A DNA stretch of 64,000 nt, taken from contig OZ076413.1 in NCBI GenBank assembly GCA_964187785.1, positions 44,022,001 to 44,086,000 of the forward strand, given 5' to 3'. Below, one piece after another: positions 13,500 to 27,100 of the stretch (its first letter is position 1; each line of letters begins with the position of its first letter). The position numbers and the translations under genes are program-made. This DNA is from Amphiscolops sp. MND2022. Its lineage: Eukaryota. The notes below the pieces were generated by a model that had not been told where the DNA came from, did not search any database, and saw only the letters and a program-made list of their open reading frames with translations.

Positions 13500-14080
13500 A
13501 AAAATGAAAGTCTCAAAAAACTCAAAGTATCAAACTCACAAAAAGAGTATCAAACTCACGAAAAACCCAGACGACCGAAATGGCGCGAAAGGTGGCAGCT
13601 AGCGCGGGCCCCTGGCGAGCTAAAAGGGGGGACCCTTTCGCATTTTTCAACATCCATTGTAGCCAAACATCAAAAAATTGAAGGGGGACATTTTGGTGAA
13701 AAAACATTTTCCGAAAAAAAGTCTCACAATGCCGAAAAAAACTGAAAGGGGACCCCTTGGGATTTTTCAACATCCATTCTGTCGCAAAACATCAAGAAAT
13801 TGAAGGAGGACCCTTTGGGGGAGATTTTTTTCGAAAAAAAGTATCACAAAGCCAAAAAACTGAAAGGGTGGAGCCTTTAGTCTCTCCCGGTACGGAATGT
13901 TACGCGGAAAAACAGGAAAAACCTTTTTGGTTCAGTTCGCTAGGTCAAATGATTCAATTTGGGACCATAAAATTTTGTAGAACTTTTAAGAACTATTTTG
14001 GTCAGTTCGTGTGGATTGAAAAAAAAAAGAAAAAAGAGTCGCTATAATAGTCGCGTTTCAACTCATGAAGCGCCGACTAA
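13500..14080 (+). mobile_element. HINE-like repeat copy (5' truncated)
   Basis: Internal gggggacccttt/aacatccatt units and the end hairpin AGTCG...GCGCCGACTAA; similar to 48941-49745. Confidence 0.65.
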
Positions 14081-14710
14081 AAATGATTTCACGAAAACAG
14101 AAGTCTAAGTTTGGTTAGATTTACTTCAATTAGGATATTTAGCAAGTTTAACAAAACCAGTGTTTCCCGACCAGTCTGTTCTCGAATCTTATATGGTCAC
14201 ACTATGGCAGGCCTGTAATCATTAACCTCCTTATGGAACATACCATGATCAGTCTGGATTGATAAAAGTCCCTGGATTACCTTGAATATTTGTTTTTACA
14301 CATATATTAATTGAAGAAAAGCCATCAGCTTACGAAATTTGGTCTAATGTATTTAAAATCATCATGCCAGTCAAAACGCCATAGATGGCTCTGCAAAATT
14401 TACGAATTAACAATTTAAATGTTGAAGAACCGCTCTGTTAGTCGCTCACTGAGTATCACCTGCTTTGTTGCAGTAGTTCCCTCTTTCGAGGATAATTTGT
14501 GCTCCATTCAAAATCATGTTCAAATCATCATTGGGTGCCAAAAATGGTAATTTATTAATAATTTCAATTTTGTGGTGAAAAGAGGCTCATTCGTTGAGAA
14601 AAACTCAAAAGCTTCATTATTTTGAGCACCAACAAAACTTTAAGGCAATCGGACCATGTCATCTATCCCCCCCCAAACTGCGGCAGGGGGGGAAATAAGT
14701 CAGAAGGTTC

Positions 14711-15421
14711 TGTAACGGCAACTGCCCATGTCAAAATTTTCGAAGCAAAAATTCGTTCAAATCTGACGTGGCACTCAAACATGCTCCAGACGAAAGACCT
14801 GTCAGAAAAGCATATCAGAAAAGCAGAAATCGCCCCCCGCGAAAGGAGACGACAAAAAAGACGTAGAAATCAGTCTCTAGAACACGGTGATGTGCCCATC
14901 TTCGGAATTAACACTACATAGGTAGCAGAAACCGGTGTTCCGGATGCTCGCCTGAAGATCCTGCGGTGTCCTGTGCGGTGACGAGCGCTAGCGCTGGGAA
15001 GCCATGGTCGATTCCTGTCAAATAACTCAAACTTCTGATATTATTATGCTTGTTGTGCTTTCTTTATTGTAGTAGATTGATATGCTCGAGAGCTGCCCAT
15101 TTAACATCTATAGTTACCCATTTTGATGTCGATTTTATCAGATTCTCCAATACTATGGCTCAACATTCTCCTGTTTTCAGCCCCCTTTTTAAAGGCTAAT
15201 TGAGCAGTGGTCTTGAGACATGCAAGATGCCCGTTACTTTTAGCAGTTACAGACTAGGACCAGGCCAGAGAGTTTCCAACAAGACGGTTCCCCCACCTTG
15301 GGACTGGCTCCTTCGGAGGGAAAATGAGCTAGGGCCGCGGAGATCCAAGTCCCAGATTATATTCGCTGTTCTAGTTCCTCCACTCTACGTTGCGGTTCAA
15401 GCGCCAGCGCTTATCGTTACA
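14711..15421 (+). repeat. 5' LTR (711 bp)
   Basis: TGTAAC...GTTACA; matches 32870-33580 with three substitutions seen by eye. Confidence 0.97.
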
Positions 15422-15436
15422 TAGAAACTCATTTTT

Positions 15437-15453
15437 TGGCGACCACAGAGGGA
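15437..15453 (+). promoter_or_regulatory. Primer-binding site, probably tRNA-Arg
   Basis: TGGCGACCACAGAGGGA begins with TGG (complement of tRNA CCA) and resembles the complement of metazoan tRNA-Arg(TCG) 3' ends; lies 15 nt after the LTR. Confidence 0.8.
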
Positions 15454-18124
15454 TCGTCTTGGGAAGCTTTCCCGAGCGGTTTTTAAAAGATCTGGCCCCC
15501 TGGTGATCAGCGCCAAGCCCGTTTCGACTCTGGAAAAGGAGAGAGAAGCAGAGTTTTACCTTTTTTAGTCGTGCGACATTCTACTGGAACTGGGAGAGGC
15601 GTTGAACCAGAGAAAACCCGAAAAAATCACATTTTCAGGTGCGAAAATGGCATTTTTAGGTGTTTTGGGAGGAAATCGGTATTTTTGTGTGATGTGTTGT
15701 GTGCCCATCAGCGGGTATCTTTTTCCAGGTGCAGAAGACCGTAGAACGTGGCTACGGGTGTTTAACAGGTTTTGCAAGCTATTTTCAGCCATTTTATGCC
15801 ATGCAAGAAGGTAACTGGTAGATGGCTGACCATGAACCAGCGAGGCGAAGGGGAAGTCAAATTGTGTGTTGCCTACTTTCTACTCCCATTTCTCGTGGAG
15901 ACGTCCTAGAGGTATGATTTTTGGTGGACAGCAAGTGCAATTGCAGACGATGCTAATGGTCCAAACCGCGTGTCTCTATCTGGTCTGGATGTGGAGAAAA
16001 AGCGTGGTGAAGATGCACCCCCTGTGACCGGACGCGTCGCTCAAATGGCTCATGGTCGGTGAAAATTTTGAAAATGCACCTTTTTCGACGGGGAATCGTT
16101 GGTACAGGTCAGTAATGTTTTGTTGTAGATGTAACGACACCCTACGAAGTGCTTTTCTGCAAAAAAGATAGCACTTGCGTGAGAAAACCCTAATTTTGCG
16201 TTTTTTTGGTGTTTTTCGTGGTTTTGAGCACTTGTGCTCAGCGGAACCAGGAAAACTTTGTGAAAAGTGTTGCAAAAAGCAGCTGCAAGGCTCGGGAAAG
16301 CTGGTGCGAGGCACAGAAGGCAGTAATTTTGCCTTTGGTTGTGATAAAAGTGCCGATTTAGCACCAGAAAATTGCAAAAAATGGAATTTTGACCAAAAAG
16401 GCACCCAAAAACACAGGCGTACACTTGTGTAGAAGTGTAAAAAAGCAGTGTACGGTGTTTTTTCAAGCGTAGCAAACCCACAGGACACTAACTGCAACTT
16501 TTGCAGCGGATTCAGGCAGCCTGGGGCTGACACGGTGCAAAAAACCTGTAATTTGAGGCGTTTTCAGGCATAGAAAGTGCATTGTCTGAAAGTCTTGAGA
16601 GCGAAGCTTAGTGGAACAGAGCGAGTCTGAACGCTCTTATTTTCTGTTTTTGCAATAAAATTAGCGCATTGTGGTGAAAACCGCGTGCAAAAATTCTCTT
16701 TTAGCGTCGAGAAAAGTTGAAAAACCTTGAATTTTAGTTAGTTTCAGGAGTGTCCGAGCACACAATAAAAACCCCCTGGGCACTCTGTCTTTTTGTTAGC
16801 CAGGAGCTTTCGTGCTCTCATTTTCTGTTTTTATAGTAAAAATAACGCATTGTGGTGAAAACCGCGTGCAAAAATTTCTTTTCAGTGCTGAGAAAAGTGG
16901 AAAAACGCACTGAATTTGATCAATTTTCCACAAAATCGGACTGTCTCTGAGTTAGGGTCGGGTCATCGATTCCCGAACCCTAGCCAAAGAGTGGTTGCAT
17001 TTTCGTAACCACCACAAAAATTAACGTTAGTGCAGAAAGTTTGGTGGGCGTGTCGTTCACCAAAGTCGAGAAAAGCTCTCTGACGTTTCGACCTCAGAGA
17101 AGCGTAAAAGGACCAAAAAATCCAAAACTGCAGGACTGTCAGTGCCTTATATCTAACGGGCATAACCAATTGAGGGTTTATCCCAGTGCTACGGATAGTG
17201 GGGCAACACGTTGGTCCCATTTTGCCCGCCGTATCACTTTCTGAGGTGATCCTCTTGATCAATATGTGAAAAAAGTAGTCAAAAACAGTATTTTTTCGTG
17301 TGTAACGTCCAGACCGGGTCGAAACCTCAAATAAGCGCTTGCGCTTCAATTCGACCATATCAGTGGCATTGTAGGTGCCCACTGGCATAAACTACCAAGT
17401 TTGGTGCCGATCTGTGTGATACTTGTTGAGAAAATAGGAAAAACGTGGCACCCAAAAAGGTGTGCAAAAAGGCAGTTTTTTCTTAATTTTTCCGAGTAAC
17501 CCGGGCACCTTAGCTGGCGGGTGGGGTTATACTGCAGCCCACCATTGTAACCTGTGCTAGTTCCTGCGTTGCTGCAGAAAATTTGAGCTTACTAGCTTTT
17601 TCCAGTGTACCGCAATCTTGAAAAAGACGTGAAAAACAGCGTATTTGGGTACATAGTGGTACCGCACGTCTGTACCTAGGTGAAATTGTGTAGAAGGGGC
17701 GCAGCTCAAAACTGTGTTCACTGTCGCAAACCTACGTGTACCTAAGATCCGCTGGTCAATTTAGAGCTTGATACAGCGTTTCCAGTGCACACACGAGCCT
17801 CTTGAGTGTTGCTGCGCGATTTTCGGAAAACCCAAAAATTCTTTGAAATTCTTCCTGTAAACGACTGGAGACTTTTGGCCCCAAACCAGGTTGATTTTCT
17901 GGCCCAGTGTGCTGGTGGGAAAGCGCTGTGCGAATTTGAGCAGCCTACGAGCCTTAAAACGCATTTCGAGAAATTTGGGACATTGTGAAGCAGTAATTTT
18001 CTTAAGTCCACACCGAGACGAGCCTAGAGCTAACAGCGACTCGACAAATCCCGCGTCCTTCGAGATCTCATTAAAGGCGGCGCCCGAGTTGTTGACACTT
18101 GCTCTGCTATTGGTATCGTACGTA

Positions 18125-21100
18125 ATGGTCCTACCAGGCCTGGAAAGGCTTGACATGAGTTCGCAGTCATGGGTGACTATGGGATCCACAATGGACAGTT
18201 CGCATCTTTCAGACGAAATGTCTGACGAAGTCACTATCGAGCAACAACGCAAAGAGGAGTTGGCCGCCATGGTCCCTCCCTCTGAGGGTTCCGTTGCATC
18301 TGGAAGCTCTCGTCGAACCGAGCAATGGGTCGATGAAACCTGCCGTGAAAGAACCAATGAAGCAGAAGAGGAGTGGCCCAACTCAAACATGACCAACGAA
18401 CCTGCAGCTGAGGAAGGGTGCTCTCGCGCACCCCTGGGAGAGAAGACGACCTCCCGCCTACAGATCATGGTGGACGAAGATCTTACCTACACGGGGAACA
18501 CGAGTTATGCGAGACGGCAGGGGTCTGGAGTCACTCGAGGTAGCACTCGAGTTTGTGCCTATGGCAAACACAAGAGAGTGCGACCACCCATGATGAATGT
18601 AGGTGAACGTCAGTTTGAGGCGCCTCGTACGAGGAGCGTGGCAGGTTCAGTGGCGTCATCCCAACGATCTTCGGTGTATAAAGCCGAAATATTGGACGCC
18701 CAAGCTGAGACCCAACGTGCCTTAGCTGAACTGGCCAGCACTCATGCTGGGTGCAATGATCAACATCGTGCCATCGCAGAAAATGCGAGAACGTTGCAGA
18801 CAACGATGCGAGAAGGATTGCAGGTCAGTGATCAACTGCGAACCGCGCAGAATACGCAGAGCGCTCGCGTGGATGCACTAGGCCACAGAATGGGTGAGAT
18901 GAATGACCTTTTAATGGCCCGTGAACTTCGTGTGGAAACCCAGATCAATGATTTGAGTAACCAAATGCACACTGTGCTCAACGCTATCAACATCATGAGG
19001 CGCGAGAGGTCCCTCCCACGACAATCTGGTGCCGGTGAAGGTGTACCAGTCGCGGATTCAACTAAGATTCCGGAATCGTCGCACCTGGGTCGGGCAACGA
19101 AACCCGAGCTGGCGAGTGCATTGAAGCCTAGCACTTCCAAGTCGACGGCGCCTGAAACCCGAATCAGGGACCCCGTACTCATCATGGCTGATGTGGAGCG
19201 TAAACCTGCACGGGTGCAGGTGAGAGGGCCCCACGACTCCTCTTCGATGAGTCAAATAACCTCCTCCGTAGTTCGAAGTACCACCCGAGACCAAGGTGTG
19301 GACCCAATGTCACCTATCTATCTAGATTCTTCTACTGAAGTTGATTTATCCTGTACCAAGGCCACACTAGGGTCCCAGACTGATGGAGCTGCGTATGCGA
19401 CGGCCCCTACCATGGCTTCTGGAACGGACTCCCTGTATCTGACCGCCGACTGGACAGCCGAGGACGGAATGCCCTCAGGCGCTCCTTGTGCGAGTAGCAC
19501 TCGCAAGAAAGAAGACATAGCGGACCTCTCAGTACGAGCCACACATGGCAGTGACGACGGTACCGACGTAGTGGCACCCAAGGAAGGAGAGGCTGAGGTC
19601 ATCTCTCCCGAGCAGCTGAGATTCACTGCCGCCATTTCCAAAGCGATGTCCAAAGAACTAGCACCATTGCTTGCGGGACGTGACCTGGCTCAAACCAAAC
19701 CCAGTGTGTATCGCGACTCTAAGGACGGGTCTATTGATGGCTGGATCTTGGTGATGCAGCGACATTTGAAAAGAGTCCAAACCAAAGTCTCGGCCGAAGA
19801 TCGGGCCTGGAGCATTATTGGTCATCTCGAGGGTGAGGCTCGCAACTACATCATCAACAAGGCTGAGTCTGAACGTGACACCCCCGAGAAGGTATCCGAA
19901 TTGCTATCTAGCCGATTTGGCGCGGGAGGAAATCGTATGCAGGTGCGGCAGACTTTCCAAAGCCGCGTTCAACAAGAAAAAGAGGACTGGATGCAGTACT
20001 TAGACGCTTTAGAGGGTCTCAGGAGCCAAGGATTCCCGCAAGAAAGTATCATTACCAAGCGCTATGAAATCTTGCAGCGCTTCATGGAAGGTGTGCGAGA
20101 TCCAGTATTGAGGCGTGAACTTGCCATAGTATACGCCTCGGAGACTTTTCTTACCGAACCCCCTACCGTAGAGTCCTTGCGATTCACCACGCGTCAGCTG
20201 CAACGAAATCGTCCCAGACCCACCCAACCTCAACAACCCTATGATCCCAGACTAGCTATGAGGTCTAGACCTCATCCCTTCGTACCACTGCCGCCGAATA
20301 AGATGGTCATGCCGCAGGGCGTCTTGCCACCTTCGGCGCACCCCCCCAAATGCCCAAGCGCTGTCCTAGCTCCCGCCCGAGCGCCGGCAGGTGCTTGTTT
20401 TCACTGTGGGCAAAACGGACATTTTGCTCGCGAATGCCCCAACCGCGACCAAGCCCGAAAACCAGTGACTGCCTCCGAACCAGAGGGCGTAAAGGTCACC
20501 ACGGAAGACGCGACTGATGGCATTCTTGAAGGTCATCCGGGGATCTATCAGTGCACGAGCTGTGGACTTTTTGATCAGGCGGAAGTGCAATGTGGTGAGC
20601 ACTCCCACGCGCCGAAGCCCAGTGACGAGTTAGCCTACAACCGATGGGCTGAGGTAGAATCAGCTGGCATCGCCGCGCACACCGTACCTTTGGAAGATGA
20701 CCGTGTGTTGATGCTGCATCCGGCGGAACCGCCTGCGTTCCACACTCCGATGACATTCACTTGTGGTGCTAAGCAAGTTCAGACCTGCTTGGAGCCTACG
20801 ACGTTCGACCCGCAAGGACGGACGCTGATTTCGATTCACCTGTTGCTGGCAGCTGAGCAAACGCGTAGACCGACGCTAACCCTGGCGAAGCTGTGGGTCG
20901 AACTGTCTGTCCTCTACAAACGAAACGAGTTGCCTCGACCGAAAGAATGGTACGCTCCGGGAGAGTCTACGACTCTGACGACATACTCCCCAGTGCCAGT
21001 CTGTGCTTCAATGGATGGAGTGGATTTGAAGTTTGAAGCCTGTGTGGTGGTGGATGTGTTTCCCCCTGGCATTTGTCTGGGTCCCCAGGAGCTCAAATGC

Positions 21101-24100
21101 TATAACATCAATCATCAGGAACCTACTGGTGAAGCGCGTATAGATGAGCGTGCGTCGCTCGTGGTCTCCTTCGTGGTGCCTCATGCAGCACCTATCCCGC
21201 TGCGAGGATTGGTGGACACTGGCTCGGGCGTCTCCATACTGACGTTTTCCGCCTTTAACAGAGTGGCAGCTCGAACTGGAACGGTCCTTAAACCCTACCA
21301 AGTTGACCTGTACGCAGCCAACGGGAAGACGATAAAAACCTACGGCCTCGCAGAACATATCCATTTCCAGCTGGGAGGATATGAGCTTGAAACGAACTTT
21401 GTGGTGGTAGATGACGCAATGGGTGTGGAAGACTTCCCACTTGGTCGGAACTTTCTCCGCTCCTACCAGGTGTTAGTGGATCTAACATCTATGAAGATTG
21501 TGGTGCGAGCACCAGTGAAGCCTGTGTGGCATCATGCTCACGCACAGGTAGGTGACACTTCGATAGCTACCCCAGTCGTTTTGGATAGTGACTTGGTTCT
21601 GCAACCTTTCGAGCGTGCGGTGGCTAGAGCTAAGCTCGTCACCAATGCACTAGAGCCGCTGATTTTTCAAAGCGTAGCGCTCAATGCCTCTTTGTCTGAC
21701 ACTACGTTGCATAATGTCGTCTTTTTAGAGGACAGCGTGGCCACTGTCAGTGAGACAGGGACACTCTTTGTGAGCCTGATAAATCTCACCAGCAACCCTC
21801 AACGCATGCGGTGTGGTGTACAACTGGGCACCGTAGTACCCGTAACGGTGGTATACCAAGCAGTACCTCAGTGTCTGGACCCTCCCACGACAACCCGCAC
21901 AAAGACTAACGCCGACGACAGTCGTGCAAATTTTGTTCATAAAATTTATAGTGAAGTGAATCTGTCCACTGCTTCTGAGTTAACCTCTTCTTCAGAATTT
22001 GAGTTTTTGTCCTCAACTGACCCTAGCGAGGCAGGACTATCGGAGCGCGAAATTCGCAAGCGTACAGACCCAGAGCTAATGGCTCCGATTCCTGGGCCAG
22101 AATCTCAGTTGCAGGCGGTTAAGGATTTATGGGGCGCTAGCGCCTGCGAGTCTCTCAGTAATCTCCTCGATGAATTCGATGAGCTATTCATGAAGCACAA
22201 GGCTGACATCGGTCGGTGCACTATCGCAAAGCATACCGTAGAGGTGGAACCAGGGGCTGTACCACATCGCGAAGGTGCTCGCCGGATGTCCCCTGAGAAG
22301 GCCGAACGTGCCAATCAGGAGGTGCGGAACCTCTTAGCTCTGGGAATGATACAGCCCTCGCTGTCCCCTTGGGCGAGCGGCATTGTAATGGTGAAAAAGA
22401 AAAACGGGGAGTTGCGCTTTTGCTGCGACTTCCGCCCGTTAAACGAGGTAACCATTAAGGATGCCTACCCCTTGCCCCGTATTGATGAAAGCCTGGCACG
22501 GCTGGGCAAGGCGAAGATTTATACCAGCATAGACCTTGCCTGGGCCTTTTGGCAAATTCCTGTGCGAAAGGCGGATCGCCACAAAACCGCTTTTGCTTGT
22601 GAACTAGGGCTTTTTGAGTGGCGGCGAATGCCATTTGGTATGTGCAATGCATCTGCCACATTCCAGCGACCAATAGCGCGTGCGCTACGGAATATTGTCA
22701 ACCGTGAGGGCAGCATGGTCATGGACTACATTGATGATATCGTGATTGCCACAGAGACTGTGGAGGACCATATGGCACGCCTACGTGAAGTCTTTGAGTG
22801 CCTCCGTGAATCCGGTTTCAAAATGCGCGTGGCCAAATGCGATTTCATGAAATCGGAGATCAAGTACTTGGGACGAGTAGTTTCCGCAGACGGAGTGAAG
22901 CCCGACCCGAAAGCCGTCGTCAAGTTGCGCGATTGGGAAATTCCCCGTAACAAGACGGAGATGCAGAGCTTCCTCGGATTCGCCAATTACTATCGCGAAT
23001 TCATCCCTTGGCACGCTAAGCTGGTTGCACCCCTGCATGCCGTCACTGGACTGAATGCCACCTTCGCATGGGGTCCTGAACAACAAACCGCATTCAATGA
23101 AATCAAGAAAGCCCTGATCGAGGCGACTGCGCTCGCGCAGCCTGATTCCGAGGGAGAGTTTGTGTTGGACACTGACGCTAGCGCTGTCGCCATTTCTGGT
23201 ATCCTGCACCAGTGGCAAGGTCCTCCGGGTGAACGACGCCTGAGGCCAATAGTTTACGGCAGCAAGAAGCTCACTACCACACAAGCTAAGTACGGAGCTC
23301 CCAAACTCGAAATGTTCGCCGCCTACTATTTTATAGTGAAAAACCACAGCTATTTATGTCCCCGGAAATTCACCCTGCGGGTGGACAACCAAGCCTTGTC
23401 CTGGTTGAAGACGTACTCCACGGATCAAGCGCTAATCGGCCGATGGATTATGACCCTGGAGAAGTATCACTTTCGCGTGGAACATCGCCCAAGAACTCAA
23501 CATCGAAACGCCGATGGCTTGAGCAAACGAACTAACGAGTACCGGTGCCGAGAGAAACAGCTTGCACAGCAGCCAGCCGCGGGCGAACGCTGGAATTTCC
23601 TTTCAGCTGACGAATTTGATAAACTACCTGTTGCCCCATGGTTCGACCTTCAGGGTCGAGTCATCCCGAATCATCCCGAACTACCTGCGCACCTGCAGAA
23701 CTTGGAGCCTAGGGCTCCCAACCAATTGCTACGCGTGCTTCGCCGCACCAAACGAGCGAGCAGGAGGGACAGACAAGCGAAAGCATTCGCAGCACCTTTG
23801 CCGCCTCCGCCTTCCCTTGCACCGCAACCGCACGAGGATGCTTATCCAGACTACCCTGAGGACTGGATTGATGTCACTGATGAAGCTCGCGAAGATTATC
23901 TATTGCCGACGCATGCCGTAAATGTACCTTCACGTACCGTCTATGCTGTTGCCGGGGCGAATCCTGTTGCGTTGCAAGGTACACCCTCGGGTGTACGCGA
24001 CTCAATTATGGCTCTTAAAGACATCGACACTGAACTTCACGAACATGCTCACACCGTGCATGGTATCAAAGACTTGATCCTAGCCCAAAACCGTGATGTT

Positions 24101-27100
24101 CATGTGCTAGCACTCAAAAAGTTAGTGCTAAACGAACCCATTGATCATGACGTGTTTCCCGAGAACGTGCGTGAGTTCGCACGCAACTACTACCGTCAGA
24201 AGAAAACTCTCCTGTTTATTAACAAAAATGGTGTGCTTTGCGTACGATACTCTCCCAACCAACGTCCCCTGCACGAACGCCCGTGCATGATCGTCATGCC
24301 TCAACTGTACCAGCATGAGATTTTATTCCGTGCGCATGACGCCATGGGACATCAAGGCATCTCCAAAGTGGTGGCTCGGATTCAAGAACGTCACACATGG
24401 CCTGGTATTCGACGCAGCGTGGGCCGTTACGTTGGCCAATGCCTCACCTGTCAACAGGTTCGAGATAAGCCTGGTGACGTCCGATTCCACCTAGAGAACA
24501 TCCAGAGTGGGTACTTCAACGAATTAGTCCAATACGATCACCTGAAGATCTGCCCCTCAGACAGTAACAACACTGGCATCTTGGTCATAATTGACCATTT
24601 CTCCAAGTTCGCGGAAGCAGTTCCCTGTAGTCATCACGACTACGACGCTGTGACCACCTCTCGGTTGCTGCTGCAAAAGTGGTTCGCCCGTCATGGCACA
24701 CCTACTCGAATGCAGTCTGACAATGCTCCAAATTTGACTGCTGAGGTATCCAATGAATTCCTAAGAGCAGCCCACGTTACCAAAGTGACTTCTACGGCTG
24801 GCCATCCAAGAACCCAAGGCTTGGTGGAGCGTCAAAACCGGACATTATTAACCCTACTGCGAATTTTTTGCTCCCGCCGTATGCGCGACTGGGACCAATG
24901 TCTTGATGAGGTCATGGGCGCTTACAACTCCACGAGGCACGCCACCACTGGCTTCTCACCCTACATGCTGACCCGGGGTGTAGAGAAGGCCATTCCTCTC
25001 ACGTTTTTGTATCCCGAATTTGCAGCCAATTCATTCGAGTCGCATGAGGCGTATGTCGATCATGTGTTGGCTCGCCAGCAAGAAATACATGACTTGGTAC
25101 GGCGTAATACGCACCAAGCCCAATTGCGTCAAAAGTTGAAGTACGACCGTACTACACAAGCGCGAGCTTACCAAGTGGGCGAGCTCGTCTGGGTTTTCTG
25201 CCGCTACGTGCCGCAAAAAGGTTCCCCGAAATTGATGCGTGCTTGGCGAGGCCCGCACAAGGTTGTACAAGTCTTTCAGGACGGTCGTGTCTATGTACTA
25301 GACACAGGTCAAAAGGTTCATTTTGAGCGTCTTAAACCGCACCACAGTGGCCCACTTGAACTTGCTACTGCACACGCGGACAGTCGTGAGGTGGTGGTAC
25401 TTATGGACCCCGAACCTGAACGTTCCGTCGACGTAGTTGATGACGATAGATCTTTATCGTCGTATAAGCCTGAACAACTACTTTCAGAGGCGTCCGATGC
25501 ATCTTTGCCCTCACGTCGACGTCACTGGATGGACACTCGACTACGCACGAAACTTCGTGCAGGCGGCTCCCGCCCGCATTATCAGCAATTTGACTATTCC
25601 ACCTCGGGTACAGATGACGAACTATCCGATGCTATGTTGCCGATGCCTCCTAATCCAGTTGACGAGGATCTAATGGAGCCTGCGGCTCCTCCGGCTGCGT
25701 TGGATCAGTCGATATCCCCCGCCCGTGTACTACCTCAACTGTTCTCTGACCATGAGCGCGTGCGCTCACCGTCTCCACAGATATCCTCCTCCGAAAAAGA
25801 AACATCGTTGCCTGGAACCTCGGCATCCTTGTTAACGAACCCCTCGCTAACCAATTTCCTTAGTAACTATCCCATATGGCCGACCGCCCCTCCGATTCCT
25901 CTCAAGTCTGCCAGCAGCGTCAGCAACGCTCAGCCCGATCTGCCTGAAGTTCCCGAGACTTCGCCAGGAGCGGGGACCGCTCCTTCTTTCAAAAGGGGGA
26001 GAGGGAGACCACCCAAGGCACAGAAGAAACGGCTGATCCGAGCGAAAGCAAGGACGAGGAAGAAAGAAACACCGACAAATGTCGAAACCGAAACTGCAAT
26101 CCAGGCCGAAACGGAAGCTCCTAGAACTGCAGAGACGCTAACAGAGGCATCTGCAACTGCTCTTAGGTATCAATTAAGGAGTAAAAGGCAGCCGCGCTAC
26201 AAATGTGGAACCTGCGGGCTGCGAGATTGTGTCTGCCTATTAGCTGTGAATGAGAACCGGAGGGTTCCCATTGGAGCCCGGGGAGTTTCTCCGGAAGAGG
26301 GAGAAAACTTGGTGTACCGCCTCACGGTGCGGGCCGAGAAAACCTACTCAGCTGTAGAGCGGTCCAGAGACCACCCTGTAGACACTATCCTGGAGAAGTT
26401 GTCACTACCTGGGGTAGCGAAGGCCCCTTGTCCTAGGTTTAAGGAGTGGACTAGCGATGGAAAGGGCCTGAAGTTTACCCTGCCTACGGTGTTGCCCCCT
26501 GTGCCCAGCAATATTGCGTTTGGACCATTCAATTTTGAAAGGGAACCTGTGCAAATGGCCCGATGCATCACTGCCGACTTGTTATGCGATAAGTATGGAG
26601 TCCAGGTGGAACCAGGAGGGGTATACAGCCCGGCTCCTCACTGGTGGCTGCTGGTAACAGCTCCACGGGTGGAGGCGATGGTGGAACGGTTGAATCTGTT
26701 ATCCTGTCTAGAGAGTCTGAGGACCCTCACCACTGTGGACTTAATACTTTGCTTTCACATCATAGACTGGTACCGAGGCAAGGTGAAGTTTGCATGGTGG
26801 CTGGAACTAATTATTACGTGTTTCGCCACCTATCCCAGAATTCGACTGTTAGATGAGTGGACTCACACTTTCGAGATCCCCCTGTTCCCTAAAGCCGCTC
26901 TGGGAACTTTAGATACGTGGGTAAAGGCCGGCAGCGACAATCGAGCGATGCCCCGCTCAGTCTGGCGAGACCTGGCTGCAGTCCAAGGGCCTACGCCTCG
27001 CGTGTGTCTGCCCTCCGACAATGGTCCCGGACGAGAGATTGTTTACCCGGGAGCCCTGTATCCGAATTCTGCCGAACATGTCTCTTACGATGAATCTGAT

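Noticed and set aside
13522..14047. Similar K/F/G-rich ORFs here and at 42806 and 49364-49799
   Set aside because: Translations of the non-coding HINE-like repeat.
14622..15424. Short ORFs within the LTR (duplicated at 32775-33631)
   Set aside because: They cross LTR boundaries or use non-ATG starts; the identity merely reflects LTR duplication.
15976..17388. 141-185-aa minus-strand ORFs in the leader
   Set aside because: Low-complexity F/K-biased composition, no motifs, and no counterpart seen in the related element's leader.
17891..18124. TTG start of the 3215-aa ORF
   Set aside because: Eukaryotic context; the first in-frame ATGs are at 18125 and 18155.
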